A stretch of DNA of 64,000 nt, taken from IMG/VR virus record IMGVR_UViG_3300028805_000044. One strand, written 5' to 3'. How positions within the stretch are numbered: position 1 is the stretch's first letter; each line of letters begins with the position of its first letter. Both the position numbers and the translations under genes were made by a program. Positions 24,131 through 36,851 of the stretch are shown piece by piece. Source of the stretch: a virus (Duplodnaviria; Heunggongvirae; Uroviricota; Caudoviricetes). The notes under the pieces were generated by a model, which saw only the letters and a program-made list of their open reading frames with translations, did no database searches and was not told the origin of the DNA.

Positions 24131-27100
24131 AGCTTTCAGTATAAATTGTTTTTACAGCAGTGATGGTAGCTAATTCATCACCTTTATATCTAATACGTAC
24201 TCTCATAAACTTATCTCTTATTTTAGTTTCTTTACGAGCTGTCCATCCTCCATAAGTAGGTGGATAAGCATTTCCTCTATCTCCAGTATTTGGAAGAACC
24301 TATATACCATCAAATGAATAACCATTAGGAAGAGTAGTTTCTGTAATCTAAGTACTCTATAAATCGTTAGGTAACTCACTTGGATTTATAACAATAGGTG
24401 GTTTAGTCCAATTAGCTTCGTTCTTCTACATAAAGATAATAGAAGGTATCTATACATACCATTTATCCTCCTTGTATTCAGAATTACCCTTTATACGTCC
24501 GTAGAATATACGCTCGTAATATTTAGTAGTTCCGTCATTCTCCTACCAAGCGAAAGCTCTTCTATGAGTTGGAGCGAAATGTGCTATAATATAATTATAA
24601 TCCGCACTAGATATCTCCTTATCGTAATAACCATCTATAGGACAACATCCTATGTGAGTCCATACTCTAAATTCATTTAGTTGAGGATCATAAATAATCT
24701 CTGAACCGGATAAGTGAGCATAATCTCTAGGTGGTTTCTAATTACTAACTGGAGAAGTTTGCTACATCATTGTATAATAATTATATATTTCATCTAATGG
24801 AGCAGTCCTTCTATAATAAAGAGGTAAGTAAGTAGACTTCTAATTATACTAAGTTCCAAGAATCTTTTCTTGCTTAGGCTCTAGTTCTTTATAATCTGGG
24901 TTGTATTTAATATTAGAACCTAATCTTTGATAAAGTTGTTTCGTAGCTTCTTGTCTACAATACATATTTAACTTGTTAGGAGCCCATTCATAGGCTTCTC
25001 CAACTACATCAAAGTGGAATGACTCTGGTTGTGCTTTATTACTTATAATTTGTAAGTTATCGAATATCTTATGTTGTTGAGGATTATCAATTACAACAAA
25101 TTCAAATTCAAATGGATGTTGCTTACCATACCAATTACATGGTCTTATTTTTCCTTCAACTTCCATAAGTCCTGCTTGTCCATGCTTCCAGAATGAAGTA
25201 GTAAGTCCATTCTTGTAAGTCTGATTAGCATAGCCAACAGTTCCATATATAGTAGGACCGTAAGATACATTTTCTTGTTCCATATTTGTACTATCGGAAC
25301 TTGTAGGAGTAGCCTTTACAGCAGGAGTGTGATAAGGTGGATTATTTAAAGCAGTATCACTTATATATAGATAATTACCTACTACTTTGTATCTATCCAC
25401 ATTATTTTGGTTATCATCATATGCTTCAATAACATAATTAATATTATCTGCATCATTGACAATTACCTTACCAACACATGTGTATCCACTCTAAGCTGTA
25501 CCTGCAATATCATTAGTTTTAAGAGCAATCTTTGGATATCTATCAGTCAATTTAGTAATAACTTTAGATGTATTTCTATCAAAACTAAAGAAAATATTAT
25601 CAATATTAGCTGAATAAGAAGGAACCCAAGAATAGAATGTTGTAAATTGCTATTGTACTTCATTGTAACACAGATTCCAAACTTTTTCCTCTATTGTATT
25701 AATATCATCGTAGAATGTAAACATTACATCGCTCTTAAAAGCATTATAATGGCTCTTTACATTACGAATTCCAATTATTGGGGTTTTCTCAGTTTCAGTT
25801 AAAGAAATATTATCAATAAGGAATTTTTCAACACGGAAGTCTGAGATAATATCAAAGTTCTATCCAGTTGTTCTCCAAATCTTCTTACCAACTGTATCTA
25901 CACCATATACACAATACGGGGTCTTGATGATGCTTTCTGGCCACTAACTACCATACATATCAGAAAGAACCATTGGGTTCTCAGGGAGTACGTTAGAGGT
26001 GTTTATAAACACATTTCCACCTGCCCCACTTCCAGCAATTGCTCTTTCATTCACAGGAATAAGACAAACTCCATGTTCGAAAACAGCAATTAAGTTACCT
26101 TTAAGTTCTAAAATTCTCGTTAAGGCTCCATAGGTAAGTGTATAGTCTCTATAATTCATTAAATCGAATATTCTAAAGCCATTACGGAAAGCATCATTTA
26201 TAGCTACATTAGAATACATAATCCTAGTTACAAAGACATTCTTTACTGCTGGAACATCAGGCATTTCATAATTGTACTTTGTAGATAAAGTAGTAGTATA
26301 ACCGTCATTATATACACTAGACTCAGGAACTTTATTTTCTCCTGAAGTATTCCTTGCATATAATGGGTAGAAAGCACGTGGCTTATTAGTAAGTCCTTCT
26401 TCAGATGCAAAGGAATGATCAACACTACGTAATGATAAATTTACATTAGAACAAACTTTAATAGTTACCCAGTGTCCTATTTTAACCGCATTTACATCTC
26501 CTCTATTTACTTTAGTAAATGAATCTGCATCCTCCAAATTCATATTGTCCTTCCAAGTATTTACACTTACAATTTCATCATTATATGGTGCTGAAGGATC
26601 TGCAAAGTTTCTGGTCATTCTGTGAGTGAAATTACCAATAAAGCAATCTCCTCTATAACATATATTATTTTTTGAGAACTCATCCCATTCAAATCTATCA
26701 GAAATAGGCTCAAATGGAGATGTATCCTAATATCTAATTTGGAAGTACTCCCACATATTAGCTTCGCTATAGTTAGGAATTTTAATATCCATAACAGTCA
26801 TAGCATATGGAAGTTTTTCGGTGCCTTCCAGTCCTAGATAAGGACCATAAACTCCTCTTAGAACATTTGTAGCATTTTCTGCAGGATTTCTATACGTATA
26901 ATAAGATACTCTTTGTACTTCTTCAGCTGTTCCTGCTAATGCTGAATATAGATAATTCTTATTTTTAGCAAGAGCTTGTCCATCTTGAAGTGATACTATC
27001 TTATACTATTTAAGAGCATTGGTTGTATCTGTTTTACCTGCTATACTATATAAATATGTACCATTACGAGTACAATGAGGTGTAACCAACTAATTAGTAG

Positions 27101-28787
27101 AAAATCTTACTTCAAAGTCAGAACCAGTAAATAGTTGATTATAGAATCCAGGATTAAGTTCAAACTCTGGACAAAGAGCTGCTTGTCCTGTGTTTACTGA
27201 GCTATAATCTAGGGTTACACGTCTTTCATCAAAATTATGTGTAAGAATTCTTTCCTTATTAAAGAAGCCCTCCATCAAATATTTAGTAGTATTTTCAGCA
27301 CTTCCTCCAGAAATTGGAAGAGCAGGAAGATGACTTATATTTTCTACACCCATAGAAACAGCTTGACAAAGAGTAGTCGCAATACGTTTCTATCTTACGA
27401 AGAAACATCCTATTGTGTATTTCTTAAGTTCATTGATAAGATCAGGACTACCATTTATTTTGATTGCTATAGGTTTAACTGCATTACTAAGTATCTAAGA
27501 TACAGAAGAATGTGTTCTAAATACCCCTTTACAGTTATCTGTGTCATTTATAGAAGATGTGTATTTATCTATTGGTATATACCTTCTAGTTGTTCCATTA
27601 TATATCTCTTCTATAGTTGGAGTTGAGCTCATGTCTATCAGTTCTCTTCCTCTTATATTAAACACTGGAGAAAGAGTATAGTCCTTCAATATATAAACTA
27701 CTCCAAAACGATAAATTTCATCATTCCAATAACCAAGTCGGTAATAAATATTATTTACATTATAGTATTCATATTTACCTGTAGCGTCTTGATAATTTTC
27801 ATTTACAAAACCTATACTATCACCTTCTACAAGACTTGGCCAAAAACGTAATGATAAATCAGTAAGTTCTTTATAAGGAATTTCAAATTTCTTCACATTT
27901 CCCATGAATAGCATATTTTGTGCTATATCTTGAGTATTTACGGATTCCACAACATTATATTGAACATTAATATCATTGATACTTACTGCTAATTTGTCCT
28001 CATATCCATTTACTCTTACTTCACAACTATTACTATATATAGGAAAATTCTTATCTATTTTAAATGCCTCTGTAGTCTTATTAGCTAAATTATCTGAAGT
28101 ATATCTAGTGTAATATACAACCACGTTTGAGTAAGAAGCGTCTAAATTAGATAATCTAAAATGCACAGCTTTAAAGCTGCTTTGATCTCTAATACCTCCT
28201 TGTATAGAACCTGGCTCATTCATATTACCTATATAACATGTTACAACTCCAGATTCTCCAATAAAATCGGTTTCATTACCATCAGCATCAGATAACTTGA
28301 AATAAAAATGATAGTTACCAACTGGAAGATTACCCCCAGTACTAACTCCCATAAACTTTATCTTAGCTACAGTTCTAACCTTTTTGTATAAAGAGGTATC
28401 AGCATTAAAGGTTTCTTTATCATATATATTTGTATCATTATCTCCTTCTCTATCTACTATCTAATAAGTATCCATTCCAGTAACAGAAAATCGGCTGTTT
28501 ATCATACGAGGTTGGTTAATGCCATCGTTTAAGATAACATTAACCGAACCATCATATGAAGGTTGTATAGCCATATCCACAGGGTGCTATAAATCAAATG
28601 GTAACGCTTTAGTATCCAAATCAATCAAAGCACCTTTTGGTTCTATTCCCAACTCAGGATCACTTGCATTGTTTATCCTTAAAGTTTTAAATGGATTATA
28701 TTCATATACTAAGCTTCCTTTCTAAGATAGCTATTTAATAGCTAAATTAACGCTTAGAGAATTTGTTAGGGGAGTTATAGTATTCAT
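24123..28787 (-). CDS. Tail stabilisation/muzzle-like protein (P22 gp10-like in crAss phages), 1554 aa
   Basis: ATGA overlap at 28784-28787. Four track fragments are in one frame. Motifs SYDGSVNVILNDGINQPRMINSRF, YRLGYWNDEIYRFGVVYIL and the C-terminal KIRDKFMRVRIRYKGD recall crAss stabilisation proteins. Ends TAA 24123. Confidence 0.7.
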
Positions 28788-31700
28788 TGTCCAGGAAACC
28801 AAATATGTTGAAGTTCATTTTTAAGTGCTGATATTTCAGGACTATACAAAGTTGTATAGTACATATCTGGGGCATTCTCATCTACAGCATCAGTCCAGTT
28901 TCCACTAGTTTTTACATTAGAAGTCTTTGCATAAATTTCATTATCTTCATCATCAGGAATATCACTCCATTCAAGTTCACTGGCTCTAGTGGTAAAGTGA
29001 GTAAAGAACTGCGGAAATGTTACTATAGATGAAGAATCATTCCATCTATAAATAGATAACGTTCCATTATTAGAGTTATCCAATTTAGTACACTTAGGAG
29101 TACCTATCCATTCATATGTACCATCTAGATTAGCTTTTGGTTTAGCTGAAACTCCTTCTCCCTCAGATTTAGCACATACAGAAGCATTAAATGCTCTATC
29201 ACTGACATCTAATTTATATATAGCCTTTATATCATAATCATCTTGATCAGATTCAGCTTCAACTGAATTAAATGTTGCTCCAAGATAATATCCAATTAAA
29301 ACATCTAAATCGTATAAATTAGGTATTTCAATTTCTATGGTCTCTGATATATTAGGATTATCTACATTTACAGTAGGAATAAGATTAGTTATATTATATG
29401 TTTTTCCTCCAGTTGTAAAAGTACCGTTTCCCCATTTATTAGCAAAGTGAGTACTTAGGGCAATGTTATCATCTTCAGAAACCATTACGTCATTGATAAT
29501 ATTGTTTAAACCAGTAGAATTTTGTGATAGATTTATTCTTACTTTGGTAGTGCCCTATTGATATTGATAAAAACGTTCATTCGTAGTTACATATTCAGCT
29601 TTTTTGGTCACTCTATTAACCAAGAAAATTTGACTAAGAATACATTTAAGCATAACATCAAGTCTGGGCCATTTCTAATCACTTTTTGCTTGAATATCCC
29701 TTTTAGTTTCAAGATTTACAAAACGTATATCACCATCAGTAAATTTCCAACATGCAATGAGGAAGTTATCATCTTGATAATCCATATAAGAACCTCCATT
29801 TTCTCCATCACTTAAGAAGTGCATTGAGCCTTCTCCGGAAGCAACCGAACTGTTTTCTTTTAAAAGATCAAATTCAAGTTCAGCATCTTCACCATGATCA
29901 CCAGAGAAAATATTAGTCATAGGACGTCCCATATAATTATTAGCTGTAAATAAACCTCCATCATCACATCCACCTCCAGCGTCTGGGCCTTCTACTACAT
30001 ATCCAGCAGGCATTATTCTAGAGTTATAATGCATTGTGGTATTATCTCCATCTCCAGCACCAGATATACATAAAGTATTTTCAGGATTCCAATAAGGAGC
30101 TACCTTATTCTTTTTATCAAGAGTATAGTCAGGAGCATAGAGAGGCTTAAGTCCTTTAGACTAGTAAGTCATAGATTTAACATCAGATATAAGCCCTTGA
30201 ATAAATCTATTATCCTTAAATTTTATATTATCAAGAGTAAATACATTGTCAGTTACAGTTGGATTAGCATCAGTAGTATATTCACTTGCTCTATTATAAT
30301 CAATACTATGGTCGGGTTCTGTAACAGTAGGAAATTGTTTAAGGCTAGTACTTTTCATCCACTCTTTTTCAGATCTATCTATTGTTATAGAACTTATAGA
30401 ATAGGTACTAAGTAAATCATGTACAAGCCCATCTTTTGGTTTTCCTATATAAAGTTCATCAACTCCTTCTAATTCTCCTGTCATTTTGAATTTGCTCTTA
30501 TACTCGTTAGTGACATTGGTCAAGTATTGATAACTATCAGCCTAAGTCATATCTAAATCAGACACCGGGGTAATATACATCTTAGATTTAACATCGACTG
30601 TAGGAACATTATACTAAGTTCCATTAGGACATTGAATATTAGAGTCAGAGCCTATAAGTTCTGTTTCTAAACTAGGATCTAGTTTTACTCCAAAAGCCCA
30701 ATTAGAAGCGCATGTATATTGTAAAGATTGCCTATCCATAGCAGCTGCATTTTCTCCAGCTAATCCTATGGCATTGTTAGTATAGAAACCGTTATAACTA
30801 GAATTATATAATTTGCTTAAATAAAGCATCTTAAAGTCTATAATTTGTTCAGACTCCCCAGTAAGTTTCTTTACTATTTCAACTATATAAATCCTGCGGT
30901 ACTATAAGCCTATATCTGCATAATTTATATAGTCTTCAAAGTTTCCGTTATATGATTCTCTTTGGAAGTCTATTTGTTTTGCTTTACTTCTATCATAACC
31001 ATCTTCTAGTTTATGGAAGTACATTCTTATATATTCTATCTTCTTAGAACCATCTAAGTTATAGAAATCATAAGCCCATCCTATTTTTACATAAGTATCA
31101 GTTACAAAGAATCTCCATTCTCCAAAATCATCCTAATTTCTACGTATTTTGTCAAAGTCAATATTAATAGAACGTCCCATACGTTGAATAATTCCAAATG
31201 GAACATTAGGATAAATCATAGATGGAATAGTACCACCTTCTACTACTTCTATTTGATTATTATCATAATCAGAACCTCCAGTAGCTAGTTTCAAATAAGT
31301 ATCGTTCTTACTAGAATAAGTTACATTATCCTTTGTTGCTTCTCCTGTAAATGTGACTTTGATATTATTACCTACCATTGAATATTCCCTTAATAAATTA
31401 AAAGAATCCAATGTATTTAAATTTATTATAAGAATCATTTCTCCAGAAGAAGAAGCATCAAAGACTTGTACTTTAGTAACATCATATAGATAAGAAGAAA
31501 GATTAGTACTTGCACTATCAAGAAGGAAATCTCCACTTGTTCCTTTAGTCCAAGTTTTCATTATTTCTATACCTCCGTCTGATTTTACAACTCCAAGTTG
31601 AACATCAACATAACCATTCTGTACATATGAAGTTAAATCACTCTTATCGGGAAATCCTATAATATATTTATCACCAGGATGGAATATTCTTGCTTCCCCG

Positions 31701-32125
31701 TTAGCTGATGTAAATAAAGCCTATTTTACATTTTCTTTAATTATAAAGTTTCCATTGTACATGGTAGATGGGATAGTAACAGCTGTATATATGTTTGCTG
31801 GCTTATTTATATCCCAGTTTTCTCCCTCCCATAATTGTTTTGGTGAAGGAAACGAACCAACTTGTCCTTTCTTAGTAGTAGGATTGTAAGCGGCTACGTA
31901 TATAATACCCCCATGTTCCTTCATACCAACTGGAACATATCCAGCTTTAAGTAATGCATTTTTAATTTTCACATTACCCATATCATTCTATAAAGCACCT
32001 TCATTACCATTATAGGTAATAAGAGTTCCATTAAGAGCATCAGTAAGAACATCATTGGGAGTGGTAAGAGGATGTAAATCTTTAATCATGCCCTTCTAAA
32101 ACGTATTAGTCGTTTCCTTTTTCAT
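28784..32125 (-). CDS. Conserved crAss tail protein with a muzzle-type N-terminus, 1113 aa
   Basis: N-terminus MKKETTNTF[Q]KGMIKDLHPLTTPNDVLTDALNGTLITYNGNEGAL[Q]NDMGN is a conserved crAss motif. Six fragments join through TAG. Ends TGA 28784. Confidence 0.7.
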
Positions 32126-32699
32126 TTAATACCTAATATTTATGGGTTGTTACTAAAATATCTTCAAATTTTAAGGGTTCTCTAATCTATATAAGTTCGG
32201 CTTCTCTACTACGGAAAGCTCTCTATAATGATTTCATCCCAATATCACTTTTATATGGGACTCTAAATATATATCTACAGTTATACTCTTTTACTTCACA
32301 TTCTTCTCTTATTTTATAGAGCATAACTTGTCCATAATCAAACCATTTTCTGGGACGTCCTTTACTTTTCTTTTGTTTTAGATAGTTTTCTATCTAAGGA
32401 TCTGTAAGAGCAAAGTAATAATATCCATCCCATTCAAATTTTCTACGTTTATAAAGGACACGTATTTTTATAACTAATTTCTTTACATAATACTTAAAGT
32501 GTTGTATAGAATTATTACGCAAGTATCCTATATAACATAGAAAGTCTCCGTCTTTTATTAGTGTGTCCCCGCCATAACTATTATGTAAATATAATGATTT
32601 AAATCCAAAATTTAAAATTCTCATTATATCCTTCTCTGGAAGACGAGGCCAGAGTTTACGTACATCTTCATAATAGTCATTAATAGTCTTTATTTCCAT
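32106..32699 (-). CDS. Conserved crAss protein, possibly IHF/HU-like, 197 aa
   Basis: Track fragment 32394-32699 extends through TAG to TAA 32106 (checked). The N-terminal helical motif NDYYEDVRKLWPRLPEKDIMRILNFG and its position beside the IHF-like gene support the call. Confidence 0.5.
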
Positions 32700-33145
32700 T
32701 AGCAGTATCTTTTTCCATTGTTCGTATTTTCAGTAAGCTTATCTTTAAGACGTTTACTTACATAAATAGGTTTTCTTCGTCTAATTCCATTATCCTTTCC
32801 ATACATTTCTAATACTAGCTAATTACCGGTGAAATTAGAAGCTAAGAAATCTACATCAAGCCATTTACCATATCTTCGGGCTTCTTCAAAAGCTTTTCCT
32901 TCATAATTATTGACATGAATTTCTGAACGCCTACTTCCAGTTGGTAACTAAAATGTTACATTATTTTCTATAATATCATTAAGTATTAGTTGAAGCGCGT
33001 CCTTAAATACGCGCTTCACTAATTTATCTTTATGGTAATCACCATTAACAATATTACAATCAGAACAGGTCACTAGTAACTTATCATACGGAAAGTTCTC
33101 GAAGATTTCATCCGTATTAAAGGCATAGCCTGTAGCGTAGTTCAT
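32699..33145 (-). CDS. crAss IHF-like protein, 148 aa
   Basis: Extends through TAG 32948 (NNVTF[Q]LP) to a TAA overlapping the next ATG (TAATG). The DVDFLASNFTG motif and tail-module synteny fit the IHF-like genes of crAss phages. Confidence 0.55.
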
Positions 33146-33321
33146 TCTTGTCCAGGATCAAGTGTTGGGGTAACAGGTTCTTGTTGCTGAGGCTCCTATG
33201 GCTCAGGTTCCTACTGTTGTTCTTCTTCTTGAACTGGTTCTGTTGGTTTTAAAACCGCTTCCATTCCATAGGAAGGTGTAATATATCCTGCTGCTCCAGC
33301 AGGCATTGCTTTCTGATACAT
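33142..33321 (-). CDS. Small Gln/Glu/Pro-rich protein, 59 aa (absent from the ORF track)
   Basis: MYQKAMPAGAAGYITPSYG...EEEQQ[Q]EPEP[Q]EPQQQEPVTPTLDPGQE. It exactly fills the gap between TAATG (33319-33323) and ATGA (33142-33145) overlaps. Confidence 0.65.
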
Positions 33322-34013
33322 TATTTTAAAGGTTTATAAGATTTATTATAAATTTTTCTATTCCAATTAACTTTGGCATCGAGAATTTCATTCCATTCAT
33401 TCTATGAAATATATTGAGGTATTCTTGCTTGTGAACAAAGAGTTCTCCATTTTCTTTCAAGCATGTTAGCTATTTCAAGAGTATTCCTATTATTAGTTCT
33501 AATAGCCTCTTTAAATTTCATATAATACGCACAGAATGCTGCTATTGCCATAGCCTCTTCCTCTGTAAGTTCTGGAAGTCCATCGTCATCTAATATAGTA
33601 CCTTTATAAAGGATGAAGATTTTTCCTGTATATTTCCCATCTAAATAGAGTGTATCTCCAACTCTTTCATAATGGACATATCTTCCTCCTATATAAAGTG
33701 GATTCTCAAAGGCTTTTCTTGCTTCTATATAATCTTCCACCCAAGAAGAATAAGGATCTCCATTTGGGTAGAAATTAGAAACAAAGTTCCAGTCTTCAAA
33801 TCCATATGTAATTGCTTCTATTTCATCACAATTACATGGTAACTCTACTGTATTAGCATGACAGTTTATATCTGCACAATATCTATATAGTCTTTGTTTT
33901 TTGTTCCCAATCATTCTCCAAGCGACTAAGCCTATCTCTTCGAAGTCATCGGGAAGTAGCTCTAAATCATAGAGTTGATTAGCTAAAAACATAGCATATC
34001 CAAACTTTTCCAT
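33321..34013 (-). CDS. Tail ring / tubular protein (P22 gp4-like), 230 aa
   Basis: The track ORF extends past TAG 33402 to TAA 33321. Motifs ELPCNCDEIEAIT and ILYKGTILDDDGLPEL, and the C-terminus ARIPQYIS[Q]NEWNEILD, are typical of crAss tubular proteins. Confidence 0.7.
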
Positions 34014-34693
34014 TAGGGTTTATAGGTTTGATCGTTAGGAGCCGGTTGCATAGCAAGCTGTCTATAATAACGTAGTTTTTTCTCAGTGAGTCTTCTCTTA
34101 ACTTCATTATTAAGGAATGAGAAATTATCGTCATCTAAATCAGAACAGCAAGCATAATCTTCTAGTTGTCTAGGGTCTTTAAATATTGCTACTACTGATA
34201 CCTATTTAATCATAGGAGCATTGAATATGTAAGCATCATACATTCCATTTTCATTTGGAGTTGTATCTACATAAACAAAAGGTTTGTTCTTTCCTCTTTT
34301 TCTATACTTATGATAATAATTCCATTGATAGGAAGAAGTATAAAACATAAAGGGAACCTATCTGTCTATAGAACCTATATAATCAATAGCACGAGCACCA
34401 TAGTCATTAAATACTTGTGGCATCTCAAAGTGTGCAGTAGGAGTAGTACCAATCATTTCTCTACATCTACATCTTTCCAGGTCTTTACAGTCTACAGGTA
34501 TACAATTAACAGCAATTAATAAGTCCCTTATAGGAAGGGTACCCTTTAAAGAATACTCTTTTAAGACTTGTAAGCGCTCATCGACTACATCATCTTCTAA
34601 CTATTCCATTGAAATAGATGGATTATGATGGTATCCCTAAAGACCTGATACAACATCATTGTATATAGCGTCTGCGAGTTTCTTTATGAGCAT
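34013..34693 (-). CDS. Tail ring protein paralogue, 226 aa (missed by the track)
   Basis: MLIKKLADAIYNDVVSGL[Q]GYHHNPSISME[Q]LEDDVVDERL... One frame with in-frame TAGs, ending in a TAA that overlaps the next ATG. Confidence 0.65.
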
Positions 34694-34698
34694 AAATA

Positions 34699-34734
34699 AA
34701 AAAAAATGGGCAAGGGCATTTCGTGCCCCTGCCC
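34699..34734 (-). terminator. Intrinsic terminator
   Basis: GGGCAGGGGCA-CGAAA-UGCCCUUGCCC followed by A and U8, after the gene ending at 34754. Confidence 0.85.
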
Positions 34735-34753
34735 TATTCTTAATCGGTTAATA

Positions 34754-35665
34754 TCAATCTGTAACTGCTGTAACAGTTCCAATCTTAGCTAATTGTGTTT
34801 CAAATGCACTAGCTAGATCTTGCTTTACAAAGAATACGTGAGTTGTCTTAGATTTAACAACTTCACCAACTGCATCTCCACCCATAATACCTCTATTTAC
34901 ACAGTAAACAATAGTATACTGGTTGTACTTTGCACCTACAACTGGAGTCTCGTCTTGGACGATCTTGTTCCATCTTGTATTTGCAGCAGTAGGTAATCTG
35001 TAATCCTTGATCATATTTCTGTAAGTACCAAAACCTTGTTTTGCTTGACGAACTAAAGTAACGATGTCACCATTCTCGTCCTCAATGCTATCAATAGCTT
35101 CGAAAGCACCTACGTGACCGCCTTCTTGCCATGCGCCCTTATTTTCATCAAACTTTTCAAAGTCAACCTTTGTTAGAGTTTGATACTCATCTGTACCGTC
35201 AATGGTTAGAACACCAGCGTTTTCTGAAATAGCAAGTAACTGATATTCATAAACCATTTGCTGATATTTCTTAGCGATTTTCACCACTTTCTTTGCTACA
35301 TTAGCTGCAGTTTCGCCGTTCTTCCAAAGGAACTCAATATAGAAAGGCTTTCCTTTGAAAACGAAATCATTAGCATAGTAGCTATTTTGACAACCAGAGA
35401 GTCTGATATAAATAGCGATTCTGAAAGTTGTATCTGCAGCAGGTGCAGTAACTTCTGTTAAATCTATAGTTGCCTGAGCCATCACAGGATCAGAAGCAGC
35501 TCTTTTATAGATAGCTTCTACATTGTCAGCTAAAAAATTGAAATCTCTCTTAATGTGGATTCCCTTCACTGTATTACCTTCCTTTATCTCAGTAATAAGG
35601 TCGTTAGCAGGGAAATTATAGTCTTGTAGACTATTTACGATAGTAGTTGTTGTAAATTGAAACAT
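34754..35665 (-). CDS. Conserved virion protein, probably the auxiliary capsid protein, 303 aa
   Basis: Complete TAG-free ORF ending in TGA and followed by a strong terminator. Its size and its position downstream of the MCP and a ring gene match crAss auxiliary capsid genes (synteny inference). Confidence 0.55.
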   Translation of the reverse strand: MFQFTTTTIVNSLQDYNFPANDLITEIKEGNTVKGIHIKRDFNFLADNVEAIYKRAASDPVMAQATIDLTEVTAPAADTTFRIAIYIRLSGCQNSYYANDFVFKGKPFYIEFLWKNGETAANVAKKVVKIAKKYQQMVYEYQLLAISENAGVLTIDGTDEYQTLTKVDFEKFDENKGAWQEGGHVGAFEAIDSIEDENGDIVTLVRQAKQGFGTYRNMIKDYRLPTAANTRWNKIVQDETPVVGAKYNQYTIVYCVNRGIMGGDAVGEVVKSKTTHVFFVKQDLASAFETQLAKIGTVTAVTD

Positions 35666-35682
35666 ACTTTATCATTTATTTA

Positions 35683-36831
35683 TTAACCTCTCTTTGCTGG
35701 TTGAGGCTGTTCCTATTGCTGAGCTGGATTGGCAATAGTCTGTGTAACTGGGATATGGGTATTTAGACGATCGTCACGTCCGTTCTCCATAACTATATGT
35801 ACCAGCTCGTTGATAATCTCCTGACATACATAATCTGGGAATTCCATCATTTGAGAAGTATCCTCTGTTAAATCGAGTTGCTCTTGTGATAGTCTAATAT
35901 GTTGTGGAGCCTTGATATAGTCCACATAGACTCTCTCTAGTTGGAATAATGAATTATCCTTGCCGTATCTGATTTCAATACGTACATTTCCTGGATTACC
36001 ATAGCGGATTTGTCCAATCTTTTCTACAGCATTTACTTGAGTAAAACCTTCACCGCTAGTGTTTCTAATATCTATAACTCTACTCACACCTCCAGTAGTA
36101 CTCTTATCATTAGCATACTGGTTACCATTTTTATCAGTAATATGAGTTGCATTAATAACATTCTCTCCATAAGTATCGGAATCTGTAAACTCAGTACCAA
36201 TAGTCTTGATGTCTGGTCCATAAGGATCAGTTGGAAGAGCTTTGTTCTCAGTAGGTTCAGCGAAACCACTCTTACCATCATAGAAATGAGAAGTGTAGTC
36301 TGAAAGTACTGGATCAGCACCACTTGCTGCAGTATTAACTAAATCTCTATTTACATTGTGTAGATAGTAATAAGGTCTCTTGTAAGTAGGACGAGTATAA
36401 ACATTATTAATAACTGTAGACCAGCTATCTGCTGTAAGTCTTTCAGCTGCGAACTGTACATATGTATTAGCATCGTAGCATTTAAATGGCTTAAGCACTT
36501 TATACTCACAAATACAGTTCAATAGATGTAAGTAATCTGTTGGAAGGTCAAACTCATATATAGAGTTGTAAAGAGAACCTTTCTTAGTCACATCTACTCC
36601 AGTCTTATAAAGAGCATTGTTTCCGTTTGCTACTTCCAGAGTAACTGTAGACTTTAAGACTCTTACATCATCTGTAGTTTGCTGATTAATGTCGTAGATA
36701 TTATATCTTCTATTTACGTATTGATCAACGGCTTTGTTAAAAAAGTAGTTAAAGTCTTCAAGCAGTAGATTAGGTGCTTGTGACTTGTTTAATTCAATTA
36801 AAACAGCTTCATATACCTGTCTTGCCGTCAT
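35683..36831 (-). CDS. Tail ring protein, 382 aa
   Basis: Motifs LIELNK...LLEDFNYFFNKA, FDLPTDYLHL and DYIKAPQ...FPDYVCQEII. A single TAG at 35713 lies in a Gln run (PAQQ[Q]EQ); the true stop is TAA 35683. Confidence 0.7.
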
Positions 36832-36851
36832 AGTTTATAAACTTTTATAGT

